Source: an uncultured Gammaproteobacteria bacterium
Lineage (GTDB): Bacteria > Pseudomonadota > Gammaproteobacteria > Steroidobacterales > JABDLF01
NCBI GenBank assembly: GCA_963759075.1
Contig: CAVWXZ010000023.1
Location: 18,866 to 82,865, forward strand
Direction of reading: 5' to 3'
DNA: 64,000 nt
Below the pieces are notes generated by a model that worked only from the letters and a program-made list of their open reading frames with translations, ran no database searches and was not told the origin of the DNA. Each line of letters opens with the position of its first letter. Positions within the stretch are counted from its first letter, which is position 1. This document shows, in pieces, positions 21,901 to 29,908 of the stretch. Made by a program: the position numbers and the translations under genes.

Positions 21901-22925
21901 TCACTGACCCGCTGACGAAACCGCATGCTGGCGGGGGCCCTGCTGAGCCTCCCAGCCATCGGGGACCACGAAGCCGCGCGTGACTTCGCGGCCATCCGCA
22001 AGTGCCACCACCATGCGCGGCCAGTTCGCCGAGAGAATCTCATCTGACCGGGCAAAGCTGCCAGGTCTGCGCCGACCGGAAGGTTGCCGGGTAAGTCCGC
22101 GACCGGGGCGAGCCATTCCCGGCGCGTCAGACACCGCCAGGTCCAGTTGCGTCCCATGAAGTGCCGGGGGAAGTCGCTGACCCGCAGCCACCAGCCTCTG
22201 CTGTGCCCGGATGCCGCCAGCGCCGGTGGTTCCGCCGGTCCAGACAGCGGATAGAACAGCCTGCCCTTCATGATCACCCGGCTGGCCTCTATCTTCAGGC
22301 CGCGAGCATCGAGCAGCGCCCTGGTCTGAGCGTGCTGCGGCAGCTTGAGCTGATGCTCCAGCATTCGTGAAACCTTGATGTCGAGCCTGTCTTTGAGCCC
22401 GGGGCCCACCCACTCGACAGGTGCGCTGTCGGCAGCAACGTGCAGCCTGCCGAGGTAGAACTTTACCGCCACTTCCCAGTGTTCGATGCGTTCGAGCGCA
22501 TGGTTTTTCACCAGCATGTCGAGTTCACCCAGGGTCTCGCGACCGCCTTCCCTGCGTGGCTGACGAACGGCAAGGTTACGCACCAGCAGTTCGTAGCGCG
22601 GGTCGTGTTGCAGCCAGAACCCCAGCAGCGCTTCGAAGTAGGCGCCAAGACGCTTGTCACGGCGCGGGGGTATCGCCAGCGCACAGGCCTTTGCATCGAC
22701 ATCCAGGGCATTCAGCTCGTCGGTAAAACCTGCGAGCTGTTGCCGATACCAGTCAGCATCAGGCCACAGGGTTGACTGATCGTTCGGGCGCACCAGTGGC
22801 GGACTGCCAACCGCCCAGGCCAGATCACGAACCATGGGAATACGCCAGGGCAGGCTGATCTCCGCGCTGCTATTCGTGGCTATCTCTGACAAATCTGTTG
22901 GCGTGTCTTGCTTTGCATGTTTCAC
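21901..22925 (-). pseudogene. DUF1853-like (PD-(D/E)xK nuclease-fold) protein, frameshift near the 3' end
   Basis: GAYFEALLGFWL...GELDMLV...WEVAVKFYLG resembles the DUF1853 core. The C-terminus appears to continue in frame 21901..22413 (...GREVTRGFVVPDGWE). Confidence 0.55.
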
Positions 22926-22990
22926 CGTAACCAGGAACTACTTTACACTGCCTGCACGAGCCCGGGCACAAGGACATCTCCGTAGCGGTC

Positions 22991-23359
22991 ATGTTGCTGC
23001 AAAGAATATCTGGCACCACGCGCATCGCTTACCTGTTTACCAGCCTGGCTGTCGTGGCTGCTTGCATCCTGAGTCTGTTACCAACGAACCGGGCCTGGCT
23101 TGCCAGAGCGGGTTCGGTCATCGTAGCAACAGGCATCGTTCTCACCTCCATCCGGGTGCCGGAAAACGCGCGGCGGCTCCGGACCCGGCGCGGCCATTGG
23201 GGAAATCAGCTCAAGCATTCCTGGCCTGGTGAGAATGGCAATACCAATCCATCCATGCATGACTGGGCCGGAGATATGCAAGCGCGAGGATACCTGGCAG
23301 TAAGAGCAATCGGGCGTCTACATGCTGGTTGCCGGCATGCTTTTGTGGGGTTTGGGTGA
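22991..23359 (+). CDS. hypothetical small membrane protein (weak call)
   Basis: Two predicted TM helices (IAYLFTSLAVVAACILSLL, AGSVIVATGIVLTSI). No homology recognised. It overlaps the phoD start. Confidence 0.25.
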   Translation: MLLQRISGTTRIAYLFTSLAVVAACILSLLPTNRAWLARAGSVIVATGIVLTSIRVPENARRLRTRRGHWGNQLKHSWPGENGNTNPSMHDWAGDMQARGYLAVRAIGRLHAGCRHAFVGFG

Positions 23360-24613
23360 TCTTGTGGGGCTGCTTTTTGCCTGATCAATTCAGCAGCGTC
23401 GGATGTGGTCGAGCCTGGCAGGGCTGCGGCTTGTTGCTGTGCCTGGTCCTTGGCGCCTGCAGCATGGCGCCGCAACGGGCACCGATGCAGGAACCGGCGA
23501 CGCTGCCAGGCCAGGCAATCAGCTTTGCTTTCGGCGGCGACCTGGCCGGGCAGAACGTGTGCCGCGATGAGGCGCTCGGCTTTCCGATTTTTGAGCATAT
23601 CCTGCAATCGCAACCGGCGTTTTTCATCGGACTCGGTGACATGATCTACGCCGACTCCGCCTGTGAGGCGGTCGGGCTTTATGGCAACGCGCAGATTCCC
23701 CGGGCGTCGCAGATCGCCACCACGCCCGAGGAGTTTCGCGCACACTGGAATTACGTTGGCGATGATCCGGGTTTCGGCCGGCTTTTGCGGGAGGTGCCCT
23801 ATTTCGCGGTCTGGGACGACCACGAGGTACGCAACGATTTCGGGCCGCGCGACGATCTGGCCGTTGGTTCCACTGACCTGCATCTGATGCCAGCGGGCCG
23901 CGCCGCATTTAAGGCGTTCGGCAAGTCACACGGCGACACGCTCTATTTCAGCCACCGCTCTGGATCCGAGCTCGAGATCTTCTTTCTCGACACCCGCAGC
24001 TATCGTGACCTGAACAGCGCAGCCGACAATCCGGCCCACCCCAAGACGATGCTGGGTGGAGCACAGCGCGAATGGCTCGTGGAACGGTGTCCGCGCATCG
24101 AACGCGCGCTGGAAGATCATCGTGAGCAGCGTACCTTTGTCCATCCCCACCGGCTGGCCGGCGGAAAAGGGCCGCGACGGCTGGGCCAACTTTGATCAGA
24201 ACACCGGTTTCGAACTCGAATTGCTCTCGATGCTGCACGCCTTTGCCGATGCCGGCGTCATCAATCTCGTGTGGCTTTCAGCGGACGTGCATTTCGCGAC
24301 GGGCTTTCGCTACCAGCCCTTCTACGCGCAGCCGGGATTCATCATGCACGAATTTGTAACCGGACCGCTGCAGGCAGGCTTGTTTCCGAATGAAGCGCTG
24401 GACGAGACCCTGCGGCCTGAGCGTTTGTTCTATCACGCCCCGCCAGACCCAGAGGCGGTGGCCGACTTTGCCGAGGCACGCGGCTGGTTCAACTTCGGCG
24501 TGATCCGCATCGGCGTGGATGGCCAACTCCAGTTCACGCTGGTGGATGGCTTCGGCGACCCGCAGGCCACCGTCCTGCTGACGCCCAACCCCCTCCCGGC
24601 CTCTTCCAGATAA
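23329..24613 (+). pseudogene. phoD: PhoD-family alkaline phosphatase/phosphodiesterase, one frameshift
   Basis: Lipobox LVLGAC is present. GLGDMIYAD and WDDHEVRNDF are in 23329..24195. VWLSADVHFA is in 24056..24613. The junction lies near 24085. Confidence 0.75.
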
Positions 24614-24678
24614 CAGGCCTGGCTCTTTCAGGTGGCCTGGTGGCCGCCCGCTGAGCAGCACCCGGCTCACCTGTGGAG

Positions 24679-24705
24679 AATACGTATTGCGAATCATTCG
24701 TATTT
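24679..24705. promoter_or_regulatory. candidate Fur-box-like palindromic operator upstream of a TonB-dependent receptor
   Basis: AATACGTATTGCGAATCATTCGTATTT contains the AATCATT core of the Fur consensus and nested palindromes (AATACGTATT; CGAAT-C-ATTCG). It sits about 80 bp upstream of ATG 24786. Confidence 0.35.
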
Positions 24706-24785
24706 GCGTTAACTTTTATTGTACCCGGCTGTGGGCAAGCCGCTGGTCTCTAACACACTGATTAAAATAAGGAAAATAGACTACG

Positions 24786-27011
24786 ATGCGATACTACAAT
24801 CACCGGCGCCTCGCCTGCGTAGTGTTCATGGCGGTGCTCAGCATGGCCGCCAGTGCCGACGAGGCCGCTGGCGAGGATACCGAGGATTACGCGAAGCTCC
24901 GAAATTTCGCCGTTCTGGGCGACGCGCGCGCCGCACAGGAAAGTGCCGGTTCGGCGCATTTTATCGGACCCGAGGCGCTGGCCACGTTCGATGACGGCGA
25001 CATACAGCGGGTGCTGCGTGCCGTACCCGGCGTCTACCTGCAGGACGAAGAGGGCTACGGGCTGCGCCCCAACATCGGCATTCGCGGCAGTGGCCTGGAC
25101 CGCAGCGCGCGCATCACTCTGCTCGAGGACGGAGTACCGATCGCACCGGCACCCTACTCGGCACCTGCCGCCTACTATTTCCCTGATCTGCAGAGAATGC
25201 ATGCCGTGGAAGTCGTCAAAGGCCCGGCGACCATCGCCCTGGGACCGCGGACCACCGGCGGTGCAATCAACATGATCTCCACGCCGGTCCCCGATGCCCT
25301 CATCGGCGAATTCGTGCTGGCGGGCGGTGAAGACAATACTTTTCAGGGCACGGCCCGCGCAGGCAACAAGGCCGGGCGCCTTGCCTGGTTGATTGAAACC
25401 AATCACCAGCAGACCACTGGTTTCAGACAACTCGACGGCGGCGGCGACACCGGCTATTCGCTGAGCGATTACATCGCCAAGCTGCGTGTTTCGTCAGCCG
25501 GAGGCAGCCCGTGGGACCAGAGCCTCGAACTCAAGCTGGGATACTGGACGCACGATGCGGACGAAACCTACCTCGGCCTGACCGATGAGGACTTCATCGC
25601 TACACCGTACCGCCGTTATGCAGGCTCTCAGCTGGATCACCTGAACGCGCATCATGCGCAGTATCAGCTTGCGTGGACGCTGGCGCCTGCGGGCGGCTCC
25701 TGGGACCTCGGCGTCACTGCCTACAGGAATGAATTTCACCGCAACTGGTTCAAGCTCGGCAAAGTGGGCGGCACCTCAATCAGCAGCGTGCTCGCAAACC
25801 CGGCGAGTTTCGCACAGGAGTTGGCGTGGCTGCGCGGCGACGCCGACAGTCCCGACGATGCCCTTAATATTCGCAACAACAACCGCCGGTATTTTTCCCA
25901 GGGCATTCAGACTCATCTGAGCCGGGATTTTTCCCGCGGATCCGTCATGCACGCGATCAAACTGGGTCTGCGTGTGCACGAAGACGAGGAAGACCGTTTG
26001 CAGGATGAAGATCTCTACCGCATGAGCAGCGGGACGATGGTGCAAACCAGTGACGGCGCGCCGGGGAGCCAGGACAATCGCGTGAGCAGCGCAGACGCGG
26101 TGGCGCTGTACCTGAGCGACCAGATCCGCTTCGGGGCGTGGTCCCTGTCACCGGGCGTTCGCTACGAGCGCGTGTCACTGCGCCGCGATGACTTCGCTAC
26201 CAGTGACCCACGGCGAGCAGACGGCGCGCTGCGAGTGCGGGAAAACAGCATTGATATTTTTGTGCCGGGTGTTGGCGTGACCTGGCGGGCGTCGCCGTCC
26301 ATGCTGTTGATTGGCGGCATTAACCGCGGTTTTAATCCGCCGGCGCCCGGTGGTGAAGCAGGCGCCGAGGAGAGCGTAAACCTGGAAGCGGGGTTGCGTT
26401 ACCGCGATGGCCGCCTGAGCCTCGAAGCGATCGGCTTCGTCAGCGACTACTCCAACCTGGTGGGCACCTGCACGGCCTCCACCGGTGGCAACTGCAATAT
26501 AGGCGATCAGTTTGACGGTGGGCAGGCGACCGTTCGCGGCGCCGAATTCGGCGCGCGCTATCGCTTAAACGGCGTATCGAGATTTGAGCTGAGCGTGCCG
26601 CTGGAGCTGGCCTATACCTGGACCCCGACTGCGGACTTCGATACCGCCTTCGTGAGTGGATTCGAACCATGGGGCGACGTGCAGCGCGGCGATCGCATGC
26701 CCTACATCCCTGAGCAGCAGCTGCAGTTTGGTGCCGGGCTTGAGGGCAATAGCTGGCGCATGAACGTCAGGGCCAGCTATCAGGACAAGACGCGCACGGT
26801 GGCAGGCGCCGGGCCTTTGGATCCTGCCCAGTCAACCGACAGCAGAGTGGTTATCGATCTGGCACTGCACTGGCAATTACAGCCGCGGCTGCAGCTGACG
26901 GGGCGCATCACTAATGTGCTGGACGAGGTTTACAACGTGGCACGCCGCCCAGCAGGCACACGTCCCGGAATGCCGCGCACCGCGCTGGTAGGTCTCCGCT
27001 ACGAGTTATAA
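24786..27011 (+). CDS. TonB-dependent receptor (FecA/siderophore-receptor-like)
   Basis: Intact 741-aa ORF with a signal peptide. Plug motifs are IQRVLRAVPGVYL and NIGIRGSGLDRSARITLLEDGVPIAPAPY. The terminal strand is LVGLRYEL. Confidence 0.85.
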   Translation: MRYYNHRRLACVVFMAVLSMAASADEAAGEDTEDYAKLRNFAVLGDARAAQESAGSAHFIGPEALATFDDGDIQRVLRAVPGVYLQDEEGYGLRPNIGIRGSGLDRSARITLLEDGVPIAPAPYSAPAAYYFPDLQRMHAVEVVKGPATIALGPRTTGGAINMISTPVPDALIGEFVLAGGEDNTFQGTARAGNKAGRLAWLIETNHQQTTGFRQLDGGGDTGYSLSDYIAKLRVSSAGGSPWDQSLELKLGYWTHDADETYLGLTDEDFIATPYRRYAGSQLDHLNAHHAQYQLAWTLAPAGGSWDLGVTAYRNEFHRNWFKLGKVGGTSISSVLANPASFAQELAWLRGDADSPDDALNIRNNNRRYFSQGIQTHLSRDFSRGSVMHAIKLGLRVHEDEEDRLQDEDLYRMSSGTMVQTSDGAPGSQDNRVSSADAVALYLSDQIRFGAWSLSPGVRYERVSLRRDDFATSDPRRADGALRVRENSIDIFVPGVGVTWRASPSMLLIGGINRGFNPPAPGGEAGAEESVNLEAGLRYRDGRLSLEAIGFVSDYSNLVGTCTASTGGNCNIGDQFDGGQATVRGAEFGARYRLNGVSRFELSVPLELAYTWTPTADFDTAFVSGFEPWGDVQRGDRMPYIPEQQLQFGAGLEGNSWRMNVRASYQDKTRTVAGAGPLDPAQSTDSRVVIDLALHWQLQPRLQLTGRITNVLDEVYNVARRPAGTRPGMPRTALVGLRYEL

Positions 27012-27077
27012 GACGCCTCCTAAGTAAACAGGCGACGAGTAGCGGCGAGGCCCAGCGCGCCCCCGCCTCTAGCGACG

Positions 27078-27280
27078 TGTAGATCGAGGCCTGTAGATCG
27101 GGGTTGTAGATCGGGGTCAGACTGCTATCTCTGTAGATCGGGGTCAGACTGCTATCTCTGCGTGTAGACCAGGGTCAGACTCCTATCCCTGCGCACATTG
27201 TAGATCGGGGTCAGACTGCTATCTCTGCGTGTAGACCAGGTCTGTAGACCAGGGTCAGACTCCTCTCCCTGCGCACATCG
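27078..27280. repeat. tandem array of 29-38-bp direct repeats (A/B units) carrying the GGGGTCAGACTGCTA half-site
   Basis: A unit TGTAGATCGGGGTCAGACTGCTATCTCTG occurs at 27105, 27132 and 27199. B unit TGTAGACCAGGGTCAGACTCCT(A/C)TCCCTGCGCACA occurs at 27163 and 27243. Truncated TGTAGATCG copies occur at 27078 and 27092. Confidence 0.85.
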
Positions 27281-27293
27281 TGTAGCGCAAATA

Positions 27294-27368
27294 GGGGAAA
27301 GACCGCCAAATCTGGCTCTCCGTCTTTCAAACTCACCAATCCTTGGGAAGAATTAGCAGTCTGACCCC
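27294..27368. repeat. 75-bp inverted-repeat (MITE/REP-like) element, degenerate left arm
   Basis: GGGGAAAGACCGCCAAATCT...AGAATTAGCAGTCTGACCCC. About 75% identical over its length to the element at 28012..28087. It is followed by a 14-bp tandem duplication GACCCCGATTTATC x2 (27363..27390). Confidence 0.75.
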
Positions 27369-27385
27369 GATTTATCGACCCCGAT

Positions 27386-27529
27386 TTATCGTGGCGAAGG
27401 CCTGCGCTCCCGGGCCTCAGAGACTGGCTCTTCGGCCAGCTGGCGGAATTCGCGCACAGTGAGTACGAGCCCGATAGCCATCAGCACGAACACGACGATC
27501 GCGATGATCATGATTGTATTTGTACTCAT
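27386..27529 (-). CDS. 47-aa single-TM protein
   Basis: Internal ATG of ORF 27386..27637 with an AAGGG Shine-Dalgarno: MSTNTIMIIAIVVFVLMAIGLVLTVREFRQLAEEPVSEARERRPSPR. It starts 5 nt after the upstream stop. Confidence 0.5.
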   Translation of the reverse strand: MSTNTIMIIAIVVFVLMAIGLVLTVREFRQLAEEPVSEARERRPSPR

Positions 27530-27534
27530 AGCCC

Positions 27535-27705
27535 TTACCTGCTCCGGCTCATCAACTTGAAGTAGATTCCGAAGCACAGGATTGAGGGAACCCACAGGGC
27601 CGTGAACAATCCCTCCTCTCGCTGGCCCGAAAACCACAAATAGCCGGACACCACGAAAGAGATCGCAACGGCCAGCAGAATAAAAATGTCAGATGTCTTG
27701 GTCAT
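27535..27705 (-). CDS. 56-aa two-TM protein
   Basis: Internal ATG of ORF 27535..27762 with an AAAGGA Shine-Dalgarno: MTKTSDIFILLAVAISFVVSGYLWFSGQREEGLFTALWVPSILCFGIYFKLMSRSR. Confidence 0.5.
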   Translation of the reverse strand: MTKTSDIFILLAVAISFVVSGYLWFSGQREEGLFTALWVPSILCFGIYFKLMSRSR

Positions 27706-27718
27706 ATCTTGTCCTTTC

Positions 27719-27895
27719 TCAGTCCTCCCAGAAACCAATGGCCGCCAGCAGACAACCGGCAACAGCCAGGCCGGCGATGCTGCGTAACCCCGATTGGCCG
27801 AGGAACGTGGCTTCGGTTAATGGCACAAGGCCAAGCAGCCCCCCTGCCAGCAGCAGGATAGCTATCAACAACATCCCGATGCCGACAAATGCCAT
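27719..27895 (-). CDS. 58-aa two-TM protein (below the ORF-track size cutoff)
   Basis: My own translation of the minus strand gives MAFVGIGMLLIAILLLAGGLLGLVPLTEATFLGQSGLRSIAGLAVAGCLLAAIGFWED. It is strongly hydrophobic and ends 13 nt before the next gene. No clear Shine-Dalgarno. Confidence 0.35.
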   Translation of the reverse strand: MAFVGIGMLLIAILLLAGGLLGLVPLTEATFLGQSGLRSIAGLAVAGCLLAAIGFWED

Positions 27896-27956
27896 ACGGA
27901 CGAAGATAAGGGTATCGATGTGAAGATTTGATGAAGAGGCGGAAAGCGGGTGAGTA

Positions 27957-28150
27957 ATCGGGGTCTGAGTAACCGGGGTCAGACTGCTATCTTTGGGTTG
28001 GCGTGTAAATTGGGGTCAGACTGCTAATTCTGGTTTCCACGTTTTAAACCCAGCAAGTCCTTTGGAGAGAATCAGCAGTCCGACCCCGATCTATGTGGAG
28101 ATAGCAGTCTGACCCCGAACTTTGAATTGGCAGTCTGACCCCGATTTGTG
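27957..28150. repeat. cluster of GGGGTCAGACTGCTA half-sites, including one intact 76-bp inverted-repeat element (28012..28087)
   Basis: Forward copies lie at 27975..27989 and 28012..28026. Reverse copies lie at 28073..28087, 28102..28116 and 28129..28142. Element termini are GGGGTCAGACTGCTAATTCT / AGAATCAGCAGTCCGACCCC. Confidence 0.85.
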
Positions 28151-28215
28151 ATTTGGGGCGGGGTTCTCTGCTAGAGTAAAAAGTCGACGGTGACCAAAGC
28201 CTTGGAGGTCGTTCG

Positions 28216-29856
28216 GTGGGTGAGGCCAGACAGCCGCTGTTAATTGAGAGACTGCTGCAGGCCGACGTTTATCCGCATCCGGTGTCCGGGCTGCGGCTGA
28301 TCGAAACCCATATCTCGTGGGTCGTACTCACCGGTTGTTTCGCATACAAGCTCAAGAAACCCCTCGACCTTGGCTTTCTCGATTTTTCCTCTCTGGAGAA
28401 GCGCAAGGACGCCTGCGAGGAGGAGCTGCGTCTGAATGCAAGGCTCGCACCCGGGCTTTACGTCGCGGTCATTCCCATTACGGGCACGCCCGACAGGCCG
28501 GAGCTGGATGGCGCTGGATCGGCGATCGAGTACGCGGTGAAGATGCATGAGTTCCCCCAGGAGAACGAGCTGGACCGCATCGTGCAGTCCGCCGAGCCCG
28601 ACCCGGCACAGCTCGACGCGCGCTTCCGCGAATTCGGCACGCAGCTGGCCGAATTCCACATGGGCCTGCCTGCCGCGGCCGCTGATACCCCTTACGGCGA
28701 ACCTGCAGGTATCGCACGCGACGCGCTGGACAACTTTGCTGCGCTCACGGCGTTCGCGGACGTGCCGGCGTTTGCGGCGCTTGCAGGCGCGTTGCGGTCC
28801 TGGACGGAGCAGAGTCTTACAGAACTTGCGGAGCTGCTGACGGCGCGTAAGGCCATTGGCCTCGTGCGTGAAGGGCACGGGGATCTGCATCTACGCAACC
28901 TGGTGTTGCACGACGATCGGATTGTGCCTTTTGACTGCATCGAGTTCAGCCCCGGACTGCGCTGGGTCGATGTGATCAACGACGTTGCCTTCCTGTTCAT
29001 GGATCTCATTCATCATGAGCGCAAGCGGTTCGCCTACACTTTTCTTAATGCCTGGCTCGCGGTCAGCGGTGACTATGCCGGCTTGAGGCTCGCGCCGTTT
29101 TACAGCGTCTACCGGGCCATGGTGCGCGCCAAGATCGCGGGCATCGAGCTGCTGCAACATGGCTGGCAGGCCACTACGGACAATCCCGAGCTGCAAGAAC
29201 GCTTCACAAAACTCTGCAGGCACCTCGAACTCGCATCACAGCTGGCCCAACCGGGGCATCCGCTGATTATCATCACCCACGGCGTTTCGGGCTCCGGCAA
29301 GACCTGGGTAGCCTCCCGGCTTGCCAGCGCGATGGGTGCGATTCATGTGCGCTCCGATGTAGAGCGCAAGCGCCTGTTTGGCATGACCGCAGATGCGCGC
29401 AGCAGCGCAGATGAAAAGCCCGGGCTATACGGGCGAGCTGCCAGTCAGCAGACCTATGAGCGCCTGCTGAACGTGGCGCAGACCGTGGTGAAGGCCGGAT
29501 TCCCGGTGCTGGTCGACGCGACTTTTCTCGCGCCCCGATACCGCGACCAGTTTGCACGCCTGGCTGACGACCAGCGCTTGCCTTTTGTCATCCTGGACTG
29601 CCAGGCCAGCGCAGAGACCCTGCGTGCCCGGGTCGCAAAGCGCTCCCGTCAGGGCAAAGATGCCTCAGAAGCGGACGCCGAAGTGCTTGACCGGCAGCTG
29701 GCATCAGACTGGCAGCTTGCGCCGGCTGAGCTGGCCCACGCCGAAGTGCTTCAGACTGATGAGGAGATCGACCTGGAGGCACTCGTTGACCGCATCACTT
29801 CACATGCAGCCAGAGCGCCAGAAGCAGGGAGCCCGGGCCCGGCCAGTAAAACGTAA
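28216..29856 (+). CDS. bifunctional aminoglycoside-phosphotransferase-like / P-loop (AAA_33-type) kinase protein
   Basis: Intact 546-aa ORF with a GTG start 8 nt after GGAGG. The N-terminal half is a kinase-like fold (HGDLHLRNLV...). The C-terminal half has the P-loop HGVSGSGKTW. Confidence 0.75.
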   Translation: MGEARQPLLIERLLQADVYPHPVSGLRLIETHISWVVLTGCFAYKLKKPLDLGFLDFSSLEKRKDACEEELRLNARLAPGLYVAVIPITGTPDRPELDGAGSAIEYAVKMHEFPQENELDRIVQSAEPDPAQLDARFREFGTQLAEFHMGLPAAAADTPYGEPAGIARDALDNFAALTAFADVPAFAALAGALRSWTEQSLTELAELLTARKAIGLVREGHGDLHLRNLVLHDDRIVPFDCIEFSPGLRWVDVINDVAFLFMDLIHHERKRFAYTFLNAWLAVSGDYAGLRLAPFYSVYRAMVRAKIAGIELLQHGWQATTDNPELQERFTKLCRHLELASQLAQPGHPLIIITHGVSGSGKTWVASRLASAMGAIHVRSDVERKRLFGMTADARSSADEKPGLYGRAASQQTYERLLNVAQTVVKAGFPVLVDATFLAPRYRDQFARLADDQRLPFVILDCQASAETLRARVAKRSRQGKDASEADAEVLDRQLASDWQLAPAELAHAEVLQTDEEIDLEALVDRITSHAARAPEAGSPGPASKT

Positions 29857-29860
29857 AAAA

Positions 29861-29884
29861 AAGGGCGGTCCGAAGACCGCCCTT
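29861..29884. terminator. bidirectional rho-independent terminator between convergent genes
   Basis: AAGGGCGGTC-CGAA-GACCGCCCTT perfect stem, preceded by an A8 run and followed by a T-rich tract. Confidence 0.8.
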
Positions 29885-29908
29885 CCAGTTCTTCTTTTTA
29901 TCTTCTGA

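Noticed and set aside
21525-22925. 466-aa ORF as a DUF1853-DUF2784 fusion
   Set aside because: The DUF1853 C-terminus continues in another frame (21901..22413) and stops. The DUF2784-like membrane protein starts at its own Met (21893). In-frame continuity looks accidental.
26640-26665. tRNA-like GGATTCGAACC T-arm motif
   Set aside because: It lies inside the intact TonB-dependent receptor CDS and has no surrounding cloverleaf, acceptor or anticodon arms.
27078-27280. CRISPR array interpretation of the short direct repeats (also considered for 45160..46200)
   Set aside because: Repeats abut each other, or are separated by sequence that is itself repeated. There are no unique spacers and no cas genes in the window.
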